38,321 nt of DNA, from contig JAAFKJ010000017.1 of NCBI GenBank assembly GCA_021399395.1, forward strand, positions 1-38,321, in the 5' to 3' direction. This document shows positions 37,129 through 38,321 of this stretch, piece by piece. How positions within the stretch are numbered: position 1 is the first letter of the stretch; each line of letters opens with the position of its first letter. The notes under the pieces are model-generated. The model did not search any database and had not been told where the DNA came from. It saw nothing but the letters and a program-made list of their open reading frames with translations. The position numbers and the translations under genes are program-made. Source of the DNA: Candidatus Heimdallarchaeota archaeon (GTDB lineage Archaea > Asgardarchaeota > Heimdallarchaeia > Heimdallarchaeales > Heimdallarchaeaceae).

Positions 37129-38169
37129 TTAACGATTTTTTAAAGATCTTCGAAATAATAAGACACTTTCTAGAAATACGAATATTAATGCAGAATAGCT
37201 TAAAAATACATAAAAAATGATTCTGTCAGTGTAATCAAAATTTCTGTCAGTACTTAAATGATAGTAAATTAAGACATCACCTAATTGATAGAAAGGGGAA
37301 AAGAAATCATAAGCTTTATTGAGTTCATAATCTCCGTGATTCTCGATTCCAAACTGATTTGTTACAATCTCTGTCTTATGTTCTCTTAGTTCTTCCATGA
37401 TGCCTTCTTCTGAAAAACTTGTAACATTGAGTGCTGTCCAAGCATATACTCTTCCACCATCATCTCTCTGAGGAGAGTGCATATCTGTCCCTGTAATCAT
37501 CCCAACAGAATCATTGTTTGCTTGGACAAATTCATAGGCATCTTGAGCAAGATCAAGTCCATTAATTACTTCATAAAAATCCACTCCCCAATTCATCAAA
37601 ACTCGATCTGATGGAACATATTCTTCAGTCGTTCTTCTTGTAAAATCAGGATGATTGAATGTAACTGTTCCATTTTGCCTATGAACTTCATCTATTGCTT
37701 GTCTTATCTCGTCATCTGTTGGATTTCTTGGAATCTCTAAATTCCATTCTTTAATACCTATGAAATTGAAATGAATTCTTTTTGTTGTCCATTCCATTCC
37801 TTGAATTACAATACATCTATTCAGGTACTCATTAGCTATTTGTTGTATTTCATCTGCATTTTCCAAAGTATTATGATCGGTTATTACTACAGCGGTAAAA
37901 CCTTGTGCTATATGCCACTCTATATTCTGTCGAACAGTAAGCTTGCCATCACTGTATTTTGTATGAGAGTGTTGATCTAATAGCACATCATAAACTACGC
38001 TTGTTTCAGGTTCGAATGGAACTGAATCTTCCCAGCTACTATCATTGTAGATGAACTTAGGTGGCCCAAAAACTTTTAACAACACACTGGTTGCCATTAT
38101 AAGGCCTACTATTATCAAATAGATAGCTAAATGGAATGCGATTCTTTTAAAATTCTTATAGAATTCCAT
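37129..38169 (-). CDS. Membrane-anchored PHP-domain metallo-phosphoesterase
   Basis: DQHSHTKYSDG, ITDHN, GMEWT, HFN, NHP, EVIN, GTDMH; TM helices at both termini. Confidence 0.9.
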   Translation of the reverse strand: MEFYKNFKRIAFHLAIYLIIVGLIMATSVLLKVFGPPKFIYNDSSWEDSVPFEPETSVVYDVLLDQHSHTKYSDGKLTVRQNIEWHIAQGFTAVVITDHNTLENADEIQQIANEYLNRCIVIQGMEWTTKRIHFNFIGIKEWNLEIPRNPTDDEIRQAIDEVHRQNGTVTFNHPDFTRRTTEEYVPSDRVLMNWGVDFYEVINGLDLAQDAYEFVQANNDSVGMITGTDMHSPQRDDGGRVYAWTALNVTSFSEEGIMEELREHKTEIVTNQFGIENHGDYELNKAYDFFSPFYQLGDVLIYYHLSTDRNFDYTDRIIFYVFLSYSALIFVFLESVLLFRRSLKNR

Positions 38170-38321
38170 CTAAGTACAATTTCTTACCAAAGTTAAAAAA
38201 TATTAGGTTTAATCAAAAAGTGAAGAAGAAGAGAAATTGTTATAAGAGTCTTTTTGTACAATTTTTTGTGTTTAAATAGTCTAGTCTAGATTGTATTCTG
38301 AAGGACTGTAGCAGTACCTCA

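Noticed and set aside
336-37980. Short alternative-frame and antisense ORFs in the track (e.g. 4741..5211, 5515..5976, 12825..13169, 31057..31374)
   Set aside because: They lie wholly or mostly within well-supported genes and have no motifs; they are shadow ORFs
1-38321. Selenocysteine/pyrrolysine read-through, CRISPR arrays, tRNA/rRNA
   Set aside because: The recognisable genes ending in TGA/TAG are full length for their families; no spaced repeats or GC-rich structural RNA seen by eye
38241-38321. Possible 3' end of a minus-strand gene entering from the window edge
   Set aside because: Two frames are open and both are too short to choose between or identify

Overview
AT-rich, gene-dense chromosomal segment with 27 credible CDS. 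I found no rRNA, tRNA or CRISPR. Archaeal-type BRE/TATA promoters, GGTGA-type ribosome-binding sites, oligo-T terminators, a CTERM-like anchored substrate-binding protein, a GxGTxxDPYIIEN beta-helix surface protein and a large TPR protein suggest an archaeon, most plausibly Asgard/Heimdallarchaeia (inference). The window is dominated by peptide uptake and catabolism: two S9 peptidases, a DmpA-type and an S12-type peptidase, two aminotransferases, (methyl)malonate-semialdehyde dehydrogenase, 2-oxoacid:ferredoxin oxidoreductase and an Opp/Dpp ABC operon. The most unusual feature is that ABC system. Its permeases carry four copies of an unrecognised 4-helix membrane module: three tandem copies on OppC and one circularly permuted copy on OppB. 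Both ATPases carry large inserts. Two promoters in the locus share an identically spaced operator (ATGTTTA-N17-TAAACAT) next to a common BRE/TATA, and a TPR-wHTH protein closes the operon. Also notable are a bacterial-type PlsY with its catalytic His replaced by Gln, a probable beta-peptide/beta-alanine catabolic module and a solitary short serine recombinase.
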